From contig CP065011.1 of the NCBI GenBank assembly GCA_016699795.1, positions 546,474 to 610,473 of the forward strand: DNA of 64,000 nucleotides. Direction: 5' to 3'. Positions 51,365-60,359 of this stretch are shown piece after piece; the first letter of the stretch is position 1, and each line of letters begins with the position of its first letter. Both the position numbers and the translations under genes were made by a program. The notes beneath the pieces were generated by a model. That model was given only the letters and a program-made list of their open reading frames with translations, did not search any database and was not told the DNA's origin. Origin of the DNA: Candidatus Moraniibacteriota bacterium (lineage in GTDB: Bacteria; Patescibacteriota; Minisyncoccia; Moranbacterales; GCA-2747515).

Positions 51365-52372
51365 ATGACATTGATTCTAGGTGTCCACATGGCCACAAAA
51401 ACATTTTTAATATCAGATACTAGACTTACTAAGCAAATGAGCGATGGCAGTTTTAAGTATGAAGATACTATCAATAAATCTTTTTCTTTGAACAAAAGAA
51501 TGAGTGGGATAGCGGCAGGACATGTTCAGCTTGCCGCTTTTGTGTTGAAGAAATTGAGGGAAAAAATTTCAGATGATTCTTTTATGATGGACTTAGAAAA
51601 AACAATCAATGAAAATGCAAACGATATCATTAAGGATTTTGTAAATACAACAATGATGACTAATCAGTTTACGGCAATGATATTCGCAGGATTTGATCGT
51701 GGTAGGGGGAAGAAAATAGGGGCAGCCATGCTTGGAAATGTAATGTCTGCAGAGTTAGCCTCTAGGGGAAATGGTTCGAGAATGAATCAGGCCGTTCATG
51801 CTAAAATTAAAGATGCATTAGCAGAAAATCTGATAAAAAGGGGTACGCTTGGAAAGGACTCCTTTATTGATGTAGATTTACCAAATTCAAGAATGCTTTC
51901 CCTGAAAATTGGAACTCGTCAATATGCCAATGGAAACTTCTATGAATTAAAAGAAATTGAATGCTATAACTATGTTTCTTTCTATCCTGATCAAGAATTC
52001 AAGAGCGTTATTTTGCCAAATACCTTGTTAACAAGTATTGAATTTCCTGAATTTGAGACTGTTTCCCCAAAAGAAGATGCTTTTGTTTATAGTGACTCAA
52101 TCAAGCTTATCAATTTTGTAAGGAAGGTTGTTAGGGAAAATAACTTTGTAAATGTTGGCGGCAATATCTTTCCTTTAATAGTTTTGCCTGAAGGGAGTAT
52201 ATTTCCTACGGGAGATATTGCAGTAATGGAAGATGGGAGACCCAAGATTATTGGGGGAATTCATTCTATCGATAATGTTTTATGCTATACATTGCCTGAT
52301 GGCACAAAAGGTCAATTTCAAACTATTGAGGGCTTGGGCGAAAATCCTTCAGTTACTCAATTACAAATATGA
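51365..52372 (+). CDS. Proteasome beta/HslV-like N-terminal nucleophile hydrolase homologue with a ~140-aa C-terminal extension (operon gene B)
   Basis: After Met removal, TLILGVHMATKTFLISDTRLT aligns with archaeal beta TTTVGITLKDAVIMATERRVT (Thr1, Gly5, Asp/Glu17, Arg19, Thr21). Also SGIAAGHVQLAAFVLKKL versus GMTIAGLVGDAQVLVRYM, and MIFAGFDRG versus LLVGGID. Confidence 0.45.
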   Translation: MTLILGVHMATKTFLISDTRLTKQMSDGSFKYEDTINKSFSLNKRMSGIAAGHVQLAAFVLKKLREKISDDSFMMDLEKTINENANDIIKDFVNTTMMTNQFTAMIFAGFDRGRGKKIGAAMLGNVMSAELASRGNGSRMNQAVHAKIKDALAENLIKRGTLGKDSFIDVDLPNSRMLSLKIGTRQYANGNFYELKEIECYNYVSFYPDQEFKSVILPNTLLTSIEFPEFETVSPKEDAFVYSDSIKLINFVRKVVRENNFVNVGGNIFPLIVLPEGSIFPTGDIAVMEDGRPKIIGGIHSIDNVLCYTLPDGTKGQFQTIEGLGENPSVTQLQI

Positions 52373-52929
52373 ACAATGACGATTTGAAAAAAATAAAGAA
52401 GTACATTGGAGTTGCTGAAAAAATAAGGAATTCAAACTTCATCAAAAATACAAAGCAGGTTAGTTTTAAGATGAATATCGAAATAGACAAGCCTGTTCGT
52501 TTTGAATCCACTGGATTTGATGAAGACCTGCTCAAATCAGCCTTGATGGATTTTAGAAAAATATACATGAAAAAAGACAGCACTAATTTTTTTCGTATAT
52601 ATAACTTGATATACAAAAATACCGATGATATTGCGATTAAGAACAATATAGAGAAGTGTAGAGAGATTTATGCGAAAATACTTAGTAGACCGACATCCAT
52701 AGGAATATACATAAACAAAGAGCTTCAAAATGTCGAAAAGATTATAGATGATTGGCTATACGGATACTATTTTCATGAAGATGATGAGAGAGAAGAAAAA
52801 ATGCAGGCCATAATGATAGGGCAACTATTTCATAGAGCATCATTCGTAACTTCCATTATAGATCTGATGAAAATTGCTATTGTTATGTCTAATAATGCAA
52901 AAAAGATTATATCGGAGTATGAGAGTTGA
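52369..52929 (+). CDS. Hypothetical protein (operon gene C, 186 aa)
   Basis: Start overlaps gene B stop (ATGA). No family recognised. Confidence 0.35.
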   Translation: MNNDDLKKIKKYIGVAEKIRNSNFIKNTKQVSFKMNIEIDKPVRFESTGFDEDLLKSALMDFRKIYMKKDSTNFFRIYNLIYKNTDDIAIKNNIEKCREIYAKILSRPTSIGIYINKELQNVEKIIDDWLYGYYFHEDDEREEKMQAIMIGQLFHRASFVTSIIDLMKIAIVMSNNAKKIISEYES

Positions 52930-52945
52930 CCTTTATTCGACTTGG

Positions 52946-53521
52946 TTAGCTTTTGTAAGGAGTGCTTTTGGGCAGTAGTAAATCATTTTTTTCAAAAAAA
53001 TCTTTCCATACATACATGCACCCTTGCACAACTCCTTTCAGGTCGTATTGATTACCTTTAAAGGTTACTAGATAATTACCCATAAATATCCCTTCCTCTT
53101 CTTTTAAATGTAGCGTTTCTTTTCTTTCTTGAGCCTCTTTAAGTTCTTTTGTAGATGCCTTAAAAATAGAACCCCCATAAGGCACTATTTTTGTGTCAGG
53201 ATCATTTGGCTTGTATTTTAATACTGCATGCTTTGATTTATTGCATAAATCACGACACATCTGGAATTGCACAGGAGAATCATGATTTTCGAAAGTTGGA
53301 AGTTTATCCTTTATGAGTTTATCAACCTTGCCATCTTCTTGAACCCACTCTCTGAGGTGATAGCAAGTTAGGAGGAAATCATAAACATCATCTAATCTCT
53401 CCTGAGAACTTTTTGAAAAAGTAGTACTTTCAAAATCGGCTATGATCTTGTCATGAACTCGCTCCATACGCCTGTATTGACTTTCAAGGCTTTCTGAATA
53501 ATCTTCTCTTGATTTTGTCAT
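52946..53521 (-). CDS. Hypothetical protein (191 aa), convergent on the operon
   Basis: Intact ORF. No family recognised. Confidence 0.35.
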   Translation of the reverse strand: MTKSREDYSESLESQYRRMERVHDKIIADFESTTFSKSSQERLDDVYDFLLTCYHLREWVQEDGKVDKLIKDKLPTFENHDSPVQFQMCRDLCNKSKHAVLKYKPNDPDTKIVPYGGSIFKASTKELKEAQERKETLHLKEEEGIFMGNYLVTFKGNQYDLKGVVQGCMYVWKDFFEKNDLLLPKSTPYKS

Positions 53522-53699
53522 AAGATTAGGGTTAATAATTATATTATCAATTATAGCATTTTATGCCTAATGGGTTCGTATCATTTTCAACTCGTGGAGC
53601 CATCTTTCGCCAAGGCTACAGAATGGCATGCCACAATGGTAAACTATTTATGTAACTATTGGTCTTAAACTATGCTATGCACACTACACCTATATCCTC

Positions 53700-53972
53700 T
53701 TGAGTTCAAAATCTCATATTTTTTATTTTGGCTCAACAAATAATCTCAAAGAAAGAATAATTTCGCACAATACAGGAAAAGTAAAATCAACAAAGCCACA
53801 TCTACCGTGGAAGATTGTTTGGTATGGAGTATTTTCTACAGAGAAAGAAGTAAGAGATTTTGAACTCTATCTCAAAACGGGTTTAGGTAAGGCCTTTGCG
53901 TATAAACGACTTATTTCTGTAGCTTTGGCGAAAGATTTTTTAGGGGGTCGTAATGGTATTACGAAACTTTAG
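53700..53972 (+). CDS. GIY-YIG nuclease family protein (small, intact)
   Basis: HIFYFGSTNNLKERIISHNTGKV...LPWKIVWYGVFSTEKEVRDFELYLKTGLGK. TTG start. Ends 9 nt before the distal direct repeat. Confidence 0.65.
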   Translation: MSSKSHIFYFGSTNNLKERIISHNTGKVKSTKPHLPWKIVWYGVFSTEKEVRDFELYLKTGLGKAFAYKRLISVALAKDFLGGRNGITKL

Positions 53973-54078
53973 TGAAGTATACCGACTCCCGGAGCACATG
54001 TAAAAAGAGCTTTTTAAGGCTATTTTATGCTATTATATTTATTTTGATTATTTAATAATCTTACTAAAATAAATTTCT

Positions 54079-54435
54079 ATGAATAATATTCCACAAATTG
54101 AAATGTGGGGAGGATGTGATGGTGACAAAAAAGGCATCGAAATAAAAGGCAATGGTTGTAATTTATATGGAGGTAGTGTTAATGTTAATATTCATGGCGT
54201 TAAAATGAGTGGCGTTGGGATAAAGAATGATGAAGGATCAACCGCAATTATTAGTGATATTGAAACAGATTCCCAAATAATCAATATGGGAGGAAGCTTT
54301 CTTAATCTTGAAAGAGCTAAAATTTTTATTAAGAGTGAAAAAATAAAATTACTGGATAATGTTTTTGTGCGAGCAATTAGCTTACTTTCTTCTGTAGCTG
54401 GTTTAGTTACTTTTATCTATTGGCTTTTTGCTTAG
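54079..54435 (+). CDS. Hypothetical tail-anchored protein (118 aa)
   Basis: Gly-rich soluble region, C-terminal TM helix LLSSVAGLVTFIYWLFA. Confidence 0.3.
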   Translation: MNNIPQIEMWGGCDGDKKGIEIKGNGCNLYGGSVNVNIHGVKMSGVGIKNDEGSTAIISDIETDSQIINMGGSFLNLERAKIFIKSEKIKLLDNVFVRAISLLSSVAGLVTFIYWLFA

Positions 54436-54579
54436 TTTTTGAAATTAGTTTTAACTTCCTCCAGACATCGGAGCCAATATTTTTTAAGGGCTTATTCAAA
54501 ACTATTTTTTATGCCTGAGTAGGTAGGATAGTAGAACTTTTTGTGATAAAATAAAATTATAAAAATAACATTCAAAAAA

Positions 54580-55317
54580 GTGAAACAAAATAAAAAAGGC
54601 AACATCGCTGTGATAACAATTATTATTGTGATTGTGGCAATTACGGCAGGAACTATCGGCTGGTTGTTTGCGAAAAGAACACAAACACCAATAATGCAAA
54701 ATCAAGCAAAAGAAGAAAATCTACCTCTTACACAACAGGATAAAAGTTTGAAATATGACATTCATTTTCCAGACCGATATTCGGGAACAGGATGCTATAA
54801 AAAAGAAGCTGATGGAACCGAGAATCAATATGAATTTAGGGAAGACTTTAATATCGATGCTCCGACAACGACAGTCAAATATTCGAATACTGAAAAAGGA
54901 ATTTCTTTTGATATTCCATTTAATCCAAACTGGGGGAATGAAGATTGTAAAGTAAAACCATATATTGAATTTACGCACTCTTCCGGCGACATTTCGATTG
55001 AATTTAGCAAGCCGACGGCGCCGGTGGGAAGGGAGTTCGGCCTAATAATATCAAAATATAGACCAGCGGAAGATATAATTACTGCTGAACAGAAAGATGT
55101 TTACCCAAATCCTAATCCTCGGAAAAAAACTATCGGAGATAAAAATATGATAGTTTATGATGACTACGGAATGATCCAAGTAACACATTACGAAGTTATT
55201 GGAAAAAAGTATAACTACATATTTAGTTATAGCAACTACGATTCTTCTCTCAATGATAGTCTCATAAAATCACTAGAGAGTATAATTGCTGACATGGAAA
55301 TAAAGAATGTTGAATAG
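54580..55317 (+). CDS. Hypothetical secreted/anchored protein (245 aa)
   Basis: N-terminal TM/signal (IAVITIIIVIVAITAGTIGWLFA). Confidence 0.35.
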   Translation: MKQNKKGNIAVITIIIVIVAITAGTIGWLFAKRTQTPIMQNQAKEENLPLTQQDKSLKYDIHFPDRYSGTGCYKKEADGTENQYEFREDFNIDAPTTTVKYSNTEKGISFDIPFNPNWGNEDCKVKPYIEFTHSSGDISIEFSKPTAPVGREFGLIISKYRPAEDIITAEQKDVYPNPNPRKKTIGDKNMIVYDDYGMIQVTHYEVIGKKYNYIFSYSNYDSSLNDSLIKSLESIIADMEIKNVE

Positions 55318-55554
55318 CACAGTATGGCAACTACGTGATCATCAAGCAGGTTCTAATGGCGTCCCAGTCCGCGGAGCTCTTAAAAAAAATCGCTTACCCA
55401 AGATTTTTTTTGGTATCAAAAAATGGGATGGGAACTGGAAATTAGAATTGGAGACGATAGAGATGCAAGAGATAATATAATTCTCACAAAAAACCACGTA
55501 CAATAAGAAAATTTTTTTAATAGACAGAGGATATCAATTTCTAACCTTAAAGAT

Positions 55555-56025
55555 GTGGACATTCAAATAAAAGTTGGAATTATAGTAATAAACGAGCGGG
55601 GGGACATTCTCCTTATTAAAGAAAAGTTGGAAAAGAACTCAATCTCTCTTTGGAATATTGTTAAAGGGTCCTACCAAGGGGGGGAGACCATTATGCAAGC
55701 AGCAATAAGAGAATGTATGGAGGAGGCTTCTGCAAACGTGAAGCTCCTATCTTCTTTGGGGACGTATGTTGCTGAAGAGCAAGGTAAGATTAGGGCGCAA
55801 TTTAATTTCTTGGCTCGAGCTAATTCTGATATCATTGCTCTGGCGTTGGAAAAAGATCAACAGTCGAGAGGTGAGGCGATTGAAGACACTTGTTGGTTCA
55901 CGAGGGAAAATGTGGGAAAGATTGGAAAAGAAGAGTTCGCTTCATTAAGGGCATACCAACTTATTCAAGACTGGTTGTCTGGAAAAGAGTTCCCTATCGA
56001 TTCTATTCAGCAGGTTTCCATGTAG
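55555..56025 (+). CDS. NUDIX hydrolase
   Basis: Nudix box GGETIMQAAIRECMEEASANV. Confidence 0.7.
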   Translation: MDIQIKVGIIVINERGDILLIKEKLEKNSISLWNIVKGSYQGGETIMQAAIRECMEEASANVKLLSSLGTYVAEEQGKIRAQFNFLARANSDIIALALEKDQQSRGEAIEDTCWFTRENVGKIGKEEFASLRAYQLIQDWLSGKEFPIDSIQQVSM

Positions 56026-56256
56026 AAAGGAAGAATAAGTAAAAGAAAAAGAGTCGTGCTAACTCTTTTTAATTATGTCTCCCGATACTAGGGATGACTT
56101 ATATTTAGTATGAGCGTTTCGTGAAATCTTTTTACATCTATTTTCAGTGACAGGAGTCGAAGTTTATGTCCTTTAGGGTAAATCCTGCCGCCGGAGCCAA
56201 CAAAAAACGAGGCTGTAAAAAGCCTTGTTTTTTGTTACCCGGGATAGGATTCGAAC

Positions 56257-56637
56257 ATGATTATCTACAAAGCACACGCGGTGAAAATTGACATGGCAAG
56301 ACAATGGCGTTACTGTAATTGCGAGCCTATAAACTCTTATGGAGGAGTTACCATGCGTACGTTCTTTTCTCGATATACAATTGGATTATTGGTCGGAACT
56401 ATTCTCGGGCTTGCTTATCCGGCGTCGGCATCGGTATGGAGTTTTTTCATCCTTCTGGGAGTTCTTGTGGTGAATGAACTCATGGGTAGGTGGGGCTTCG
56501 GGCAACACTGGAATGGATATCGACTCTCTTCGTATGCGCTTCATTTTGGGTTTTTGGCATGTATCTGGCTGGGTATCCAATTCGGAAGTGGAAATATCGG
56601 TACCTTCCTTGTTTTCGTCGGCGAAAAAATTAGTTAG
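56257..56637 (+). CDS. Small membrane protein (probable start near 56353), locally GC-richer
   Basis: MRTFFSRYTIGLLVGTILGLAY... has three TM helices. Followed by its own hairpin terminator (~56645-56690). Confidence 0.3.
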   Translation: MIIYKAHAVKIDMARQWRYCNCEPINSYGGVTMRTFFSRYTIGLLVGTILGLAYPASASVWSFFILLGVLVVNELMGRWGFGQHWNGYRLSSYALHFGFLACIWLGIQFGSGNIGTFLVFVGEKIS

Positions 56638-56814
56638 ACTTAAACCCCTACCTGCAGAAACCTGCTTCGGTGGGTTTTTGCTTTTTAAGGACATATAGTG
56701 AAAAGTGGGGTGTAATAAACTCTACATACCTTCAATCTGAAATAGTAGAACTTTGAGGTTTTATCCTCCTGTACAGAGGTTCTAATAGTGTTCAGCAGGC
56801 GGAGCCACAAATAA

Positions 56815-56850
56815 AACGACGTCCTTGAAGGACGTCTTTTTTATTTTTTC
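56815..56850 (+). terminator. Orphan rho-independent terminator (GACGTCCTT-ga-AGGACGTC plus T-tract)
   Basis: aaaacGACGTCCTTgaAGGACGTCttttttatttttt. No protein-coding ORF ends in front of it. Confidence 0.5.
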
Positions 56851-57390
56851 TTTGAAAATGGTTTTCAAATAGAAAAAAGTCGCGAAAACACTTGTTTTAT
56901 TTTACTTCGAGGACTAATTAAAAATAGATAATGATAAAAATGGATATGAGAAACTTACTCTAATATAATAAGAAAAGCGACGTGGTATGCTATACCAAAT
57001 CGCTTTTAGAAATCTTGAGGGTACTTATTTATTACTTCCTAATAGTGGCGAATTTCGTTCCTACTTTTTTCAGAAGTTTTTTATACCATTTCATTTTTGT
57101 CTTTTTTGGCATGTCTTGTGAGACTATTATTTCAACACTTGTTTCAAGTGCATCTTTCATCATTCCTGACACCACAACGCTTTCATAATGATTGAGCATT
57201 TGTTCTCGTTTCCTACTCATTTTACCTATCTCGATTACTGAACCTTTTCAGATTTTAGCATAGAAGTTGTGCTAGTCAATGTATCGTACTCTAAATTTTT
57301 TTGCTGTAATGTTACTAAGGTAACAGTAAGAGGTGACATCATTTACAACAATCCTTAAAATGTAACCTTGGCTACGCAATAGTACATGAA

Positions 57391-57813
57391 TTGACGTTAA
57401 ATGAAGGGTATATTAGGATTGAATTGGTTCTTAATGATAGGCTAAATGAAAATCATCTGGAGGTTGACGTGACAACACTTATTCATAACTCAACACTTTT
57501 TCAGAGTAGACAAGATGTACTGGAGATACTAGATAAACTCTGGCCAGGACTTCCTGATAAAAAAAGAATGATAGCTTCTATTTGTCAACTCAGTGCTCCT
57601 GAAGATATCACTGAAGAAGATCTTATAAGAGGAGCTGAGTCTATAGAGTTTTCTTATCGGCCATATAATACGTACGATGATGATTGCTATTGGCTTGCGC
57701 AAAGCCCTTTCAATAAGAAATGGTATTTATTTGTAGCTTGCTTTGTGTGTAGTTATCTTCCAAGTAGGCCTGCTTATGAAGAAGAGGAATACCCAATGTG
57801 GTTTGATAAATAA
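57391..57813 (+). CDS. Hypothetical protein (140 aa)
   Basis: Intact ORF. Followed by the hairpin AAAGAGCTtgacGAGCTCTTTTTT at ~57833-57858. Confidence 0.35.
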   Translation: MTLNEGYIRIELVLNDRLNENHLEVDVTTLIHNSTLFQSRQDVLEILDKLWPGLPDKKRMIASICQLSAPEDITEEDLIRGAESIEFSYRPYNTYDDDCYWLAQSPFNKKWYLFVACFVCSYLPSRPAYEEEEYPMWFDK

Positions 57814-58318
57814 AAAGAAATGATTTTAAATAAAAGAGCTTGACGAGCTCTTTTTTCTTTGAACTCATTTATAAATCAAGGTATTACTATGACGGGAGAT
57901 GTTTAATGAAAGATTGAAAGTGACGATGAAATAAATAGGAAAGTCTGCTATAGATTTCACTATTTTTATTTTGAAAAAGAATTTTTTATTTTAAATATTT
58001 TTGTTTTTAGTTCCAAGATAAACATGAATCAAAATTTTTGCTTAGACGTTTATACTTACATTGCGTTCTAAGAATTCATAGAGTATCATTACTACTATAA
58101 CCTAAAAAACACACAACTATGTTTTCAAAAAAAACAAAAAAAAACAAAAAAAAGATTCTAAAATACAAATCATTTCTCTTCTTCTTGTCATAAGCTTTTT
58201 TCTTGGAAGTATTCTTCTTATTCAAAAAACAACAACATCGAATATCTTCTCAGGAATTTCTTTTGATTTACCATTTTCAGATGCTGCTACTCCAACAATA
58301 AAACTTTCAAATGGTGAT

Positions 58319-60142
58319 ATGGAGCGAGTTGTAAATGGTAAGCCTAAGGATTGGGATTCTGGTGGACAGGCTGGAATTTCCGGTCTCACCTTGGCGAGTA
58401 TGCAAGCCCCAATGAGTAGTACGGGTTCTAAGAATGGTTCTTACTATTTGCGTGCAATGAATGCAATCGGAAAAGACGGTGCGTGGATGTGGATTACAAA
58501 TTCAGAACGCATAAACACGCAAGGAGCTACAGAGATACGAGTTAATGGTTTCGTCCGTAGTAGCGGTATAGACCTAATTATTTTTGGTATTAAAGAACAG
58601 GATGCGAATGGAAATGAAATTCAAAGTCCGACTGGACCTGCAATGAGAACTCCTTCATGGGCATGGCATGAATACACAGCCAATGCAGGAAGTCATTGGT
58701 TCAAACTTCATCCGAATACACGAACAATTTCATTTTATCTTCTTGCAAAGCCCTATACTTCAGTTCAGACATATCTTGACCTCGATCAAATTTCACTGGA
58801 GGCTAAGGGAGGCGTGACGGGACAACAAACTCTTACTGTAGCAAAAGCTGGTACTGGAGCAGGAACAATAGTATCAAATCCTTCTGGAATTAATTGTGGT
58901 ACAACATGTTCAAAAACATTACCTCAAAATACAAAGGTTACACTCACAGCTTCACCTCAAAGCGGAAATACTTTTGAAGGATGGGCAGGAGACTGTAGAG
59001 GAGCAAGTAAGACGTGTTCTGTATCTCTTACACGAGCTCGTAATGTAACGGCTACGTTTAAGGGTTCGAACACGGGAGGCTCTATCACCGTCTCTCCGGC
59101 TACCATTGTTTCGAATAATTCTTCCGTAATGCAAGGCATACTTTATAATACACAACTTGATGCTCCACTTGTTATGGTTCCTGGGGGTATCTATTGGTAT
59201 GCATCAAATTTTGTTTGTTCTGGAGGTATAAAACATGCTCAACTTAAGGGATCTTTGGATAATCCTTATGCGACACCAACCTGGTTTAAAGATACGTGTC
59301 AGAGAAATTCTAGCTATTTTTGTACTAACGCAACTTCGGTAGGAGCTAACCTTTTCACAACATTCAATCCGAGTTTGACGGATGTTGTGAATTTATGGTT
59401 GATGGGTGTGTATCAAATTCAAGGTGCTGAACTTTTGGGAATAGTGCATGAAGAAAATGTAGGCACCTTTACTCCTGGAGTTGGTTTAACTCGGATTGGT
59501 TTAGCGTGGTCGAATGATAGTGGAAATACCTGGAAATATTTAGGTCGAATAGTATCTCGTAACAATGATGTTAGTGGTGATAATATTCAAGGAGCTCCTT
59601 ATATAGTAAAAGATGGGTATTTATATGTATATTTTCATGACTACCCAGGTTTTATTGCAGTGGCAAGAGCAAATTTAAGTAGTGTTATATCTTCAGCTAG
59701 AGCAGGGCATGTCGGATCGAATATATGGAAAAAATATTATAATGGCACATGGACGCAACCGGGTTTGGGTGGATTAAGTAGCCAATTAGGACTTCAAGGA
59801 ATTTCCCATACTCAGATGGTGTACAGCACAGTGAAAAACAAATATTACATGGTTACAACTAAACTTTCATATTCTGGTGGTAATACAAATGTCAATCTTT
59901 ATGAATCTACTGATGGCGTAAGTTGGAAACAATCAGCTAAAATTGCTGATGAACCCGCAAGTCAACAAGGAACTAATGGTGGTTATCAGTATTGTTCTAT
60001 TGCAAGTACTCAAGGAACAGCGAATCATTCCGTGGGATCTGAATTTTATGTCTATTGTATGAAATTTTATTCAGGTGTAGTGGGTGTTTGTGGTTCTAAA
60101 AATCAACAAAATTTGCATCGTTGGAAAATTACTTTACAATAG
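58319..60142 (+). CDS. Secreted protein with a divergent InlB B-repeat domain plus a large C-terminal domain (paralog 1). The likely N-terminal signal anchor is encoded upstream from ~58154 without an in-frame canonical start.
   Basis: LTVAKAGTGAGTIVSNPSGINCGTTCSKTLPQNTKVTLTASPQSGNTFEGWAGDCRGASKTCSVSLTRARNVTATF. The upstream in-frame sequence encodes KIQIISLLLVISFFLGSILLI. Confidence 0.6.
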   Translation: MERVVNGKPKDWDSGGQAGISGLTLASMQAPMSSTGSKNGSYYLRAMNAIGKDGAWMWITNSERINTQGATEIRVNGFVRSSGIDLIIFGIKEQDANGNEIQSPTGPAMRTPSWAWHEYTANAGSHWFKLHPNTRTISFYLLAKPYTSVQTYLDLDQISLEAKGGVTGQQTLTVAKAGTGAGTIVSNPSGINCGTTCSKTLPQNTKVTLTASPQSGNTFEGWAGDCRGASKTCSVSLTRARNVTATFKGSNTGGSITVSPATIVSNNSSVMQGILYNTQLDAPLVMVPGGIYWYASNFVCSGGIKHAQLKGSLDNPYATPTWFKDTCQRNSSYFCTNATSVGANLFTTFNPSLTDVVNLWLMGVYQIQGAELLGIVHEENVGTFTPGVGLTRIGLAWSNDSGNTWKYLGRIVSRNNDVSGDNIQGAPYIVKDGYLYVYFHDYPGFIAVARANLSSVISSARAGHVGSNIWKKYYNGTWTQPGLGGLSSQLGLQGISHTQMVYSTVKNKYYMVTTKLSYSGGNTNVNLYESTDGVSWKQSAKIADEPASQQGTNGGYQYCSIASTQGTANHSVGSEFYVYCMKFYSGVVGVCGSKNQQNLHRWKITLQ

Positions 60143-60359
60143 AGAAAAATTATAAAGTCTTGACCATCCTAAATAAAAGAGTATCATTACTACTATAACT
60201 TAAAAAAACATACAACTATGTTTTCAAAAAAAAAAAAAAAAAAAAAAAAAAGATTCTAAAATACAAATCATTTCTCTTCTTCTTGTCATAAGCTTTTTTC
60301 TTGGAAGTATTCTTCTTATTCAAAAAAAAGCAACAACGGAGAGCTTCTCAAGAATCTCT

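Larger units (their letters stand above)
41284..53996. mobile_element. ~12.7 kb integrated element at the tRNA-Asn 3' end, flanked by 15-bp direct repeat CCGACTCCCGGAGCA (41269-41283 and 53982-53996)
   Basis: The recombinase gene abuts the tRNA with its C-terminus reading into it. An exact 15-nt repeat of the tRNA 3' end sits at the distal boundary. Cargo includes an RM system and hypothetical genes. Confidence 0.65.

Noticed and set aside
56236-56320. Possible complete tRNA on the minus strand (GTTCGAATCC T-loop plus acceptor-like end).
   Set aside because: No complementary T-stem 5' strand, D-arm or anticodon arm can be formed from the adjacent sequence. It is treated as a tRNA-derived fragment only.
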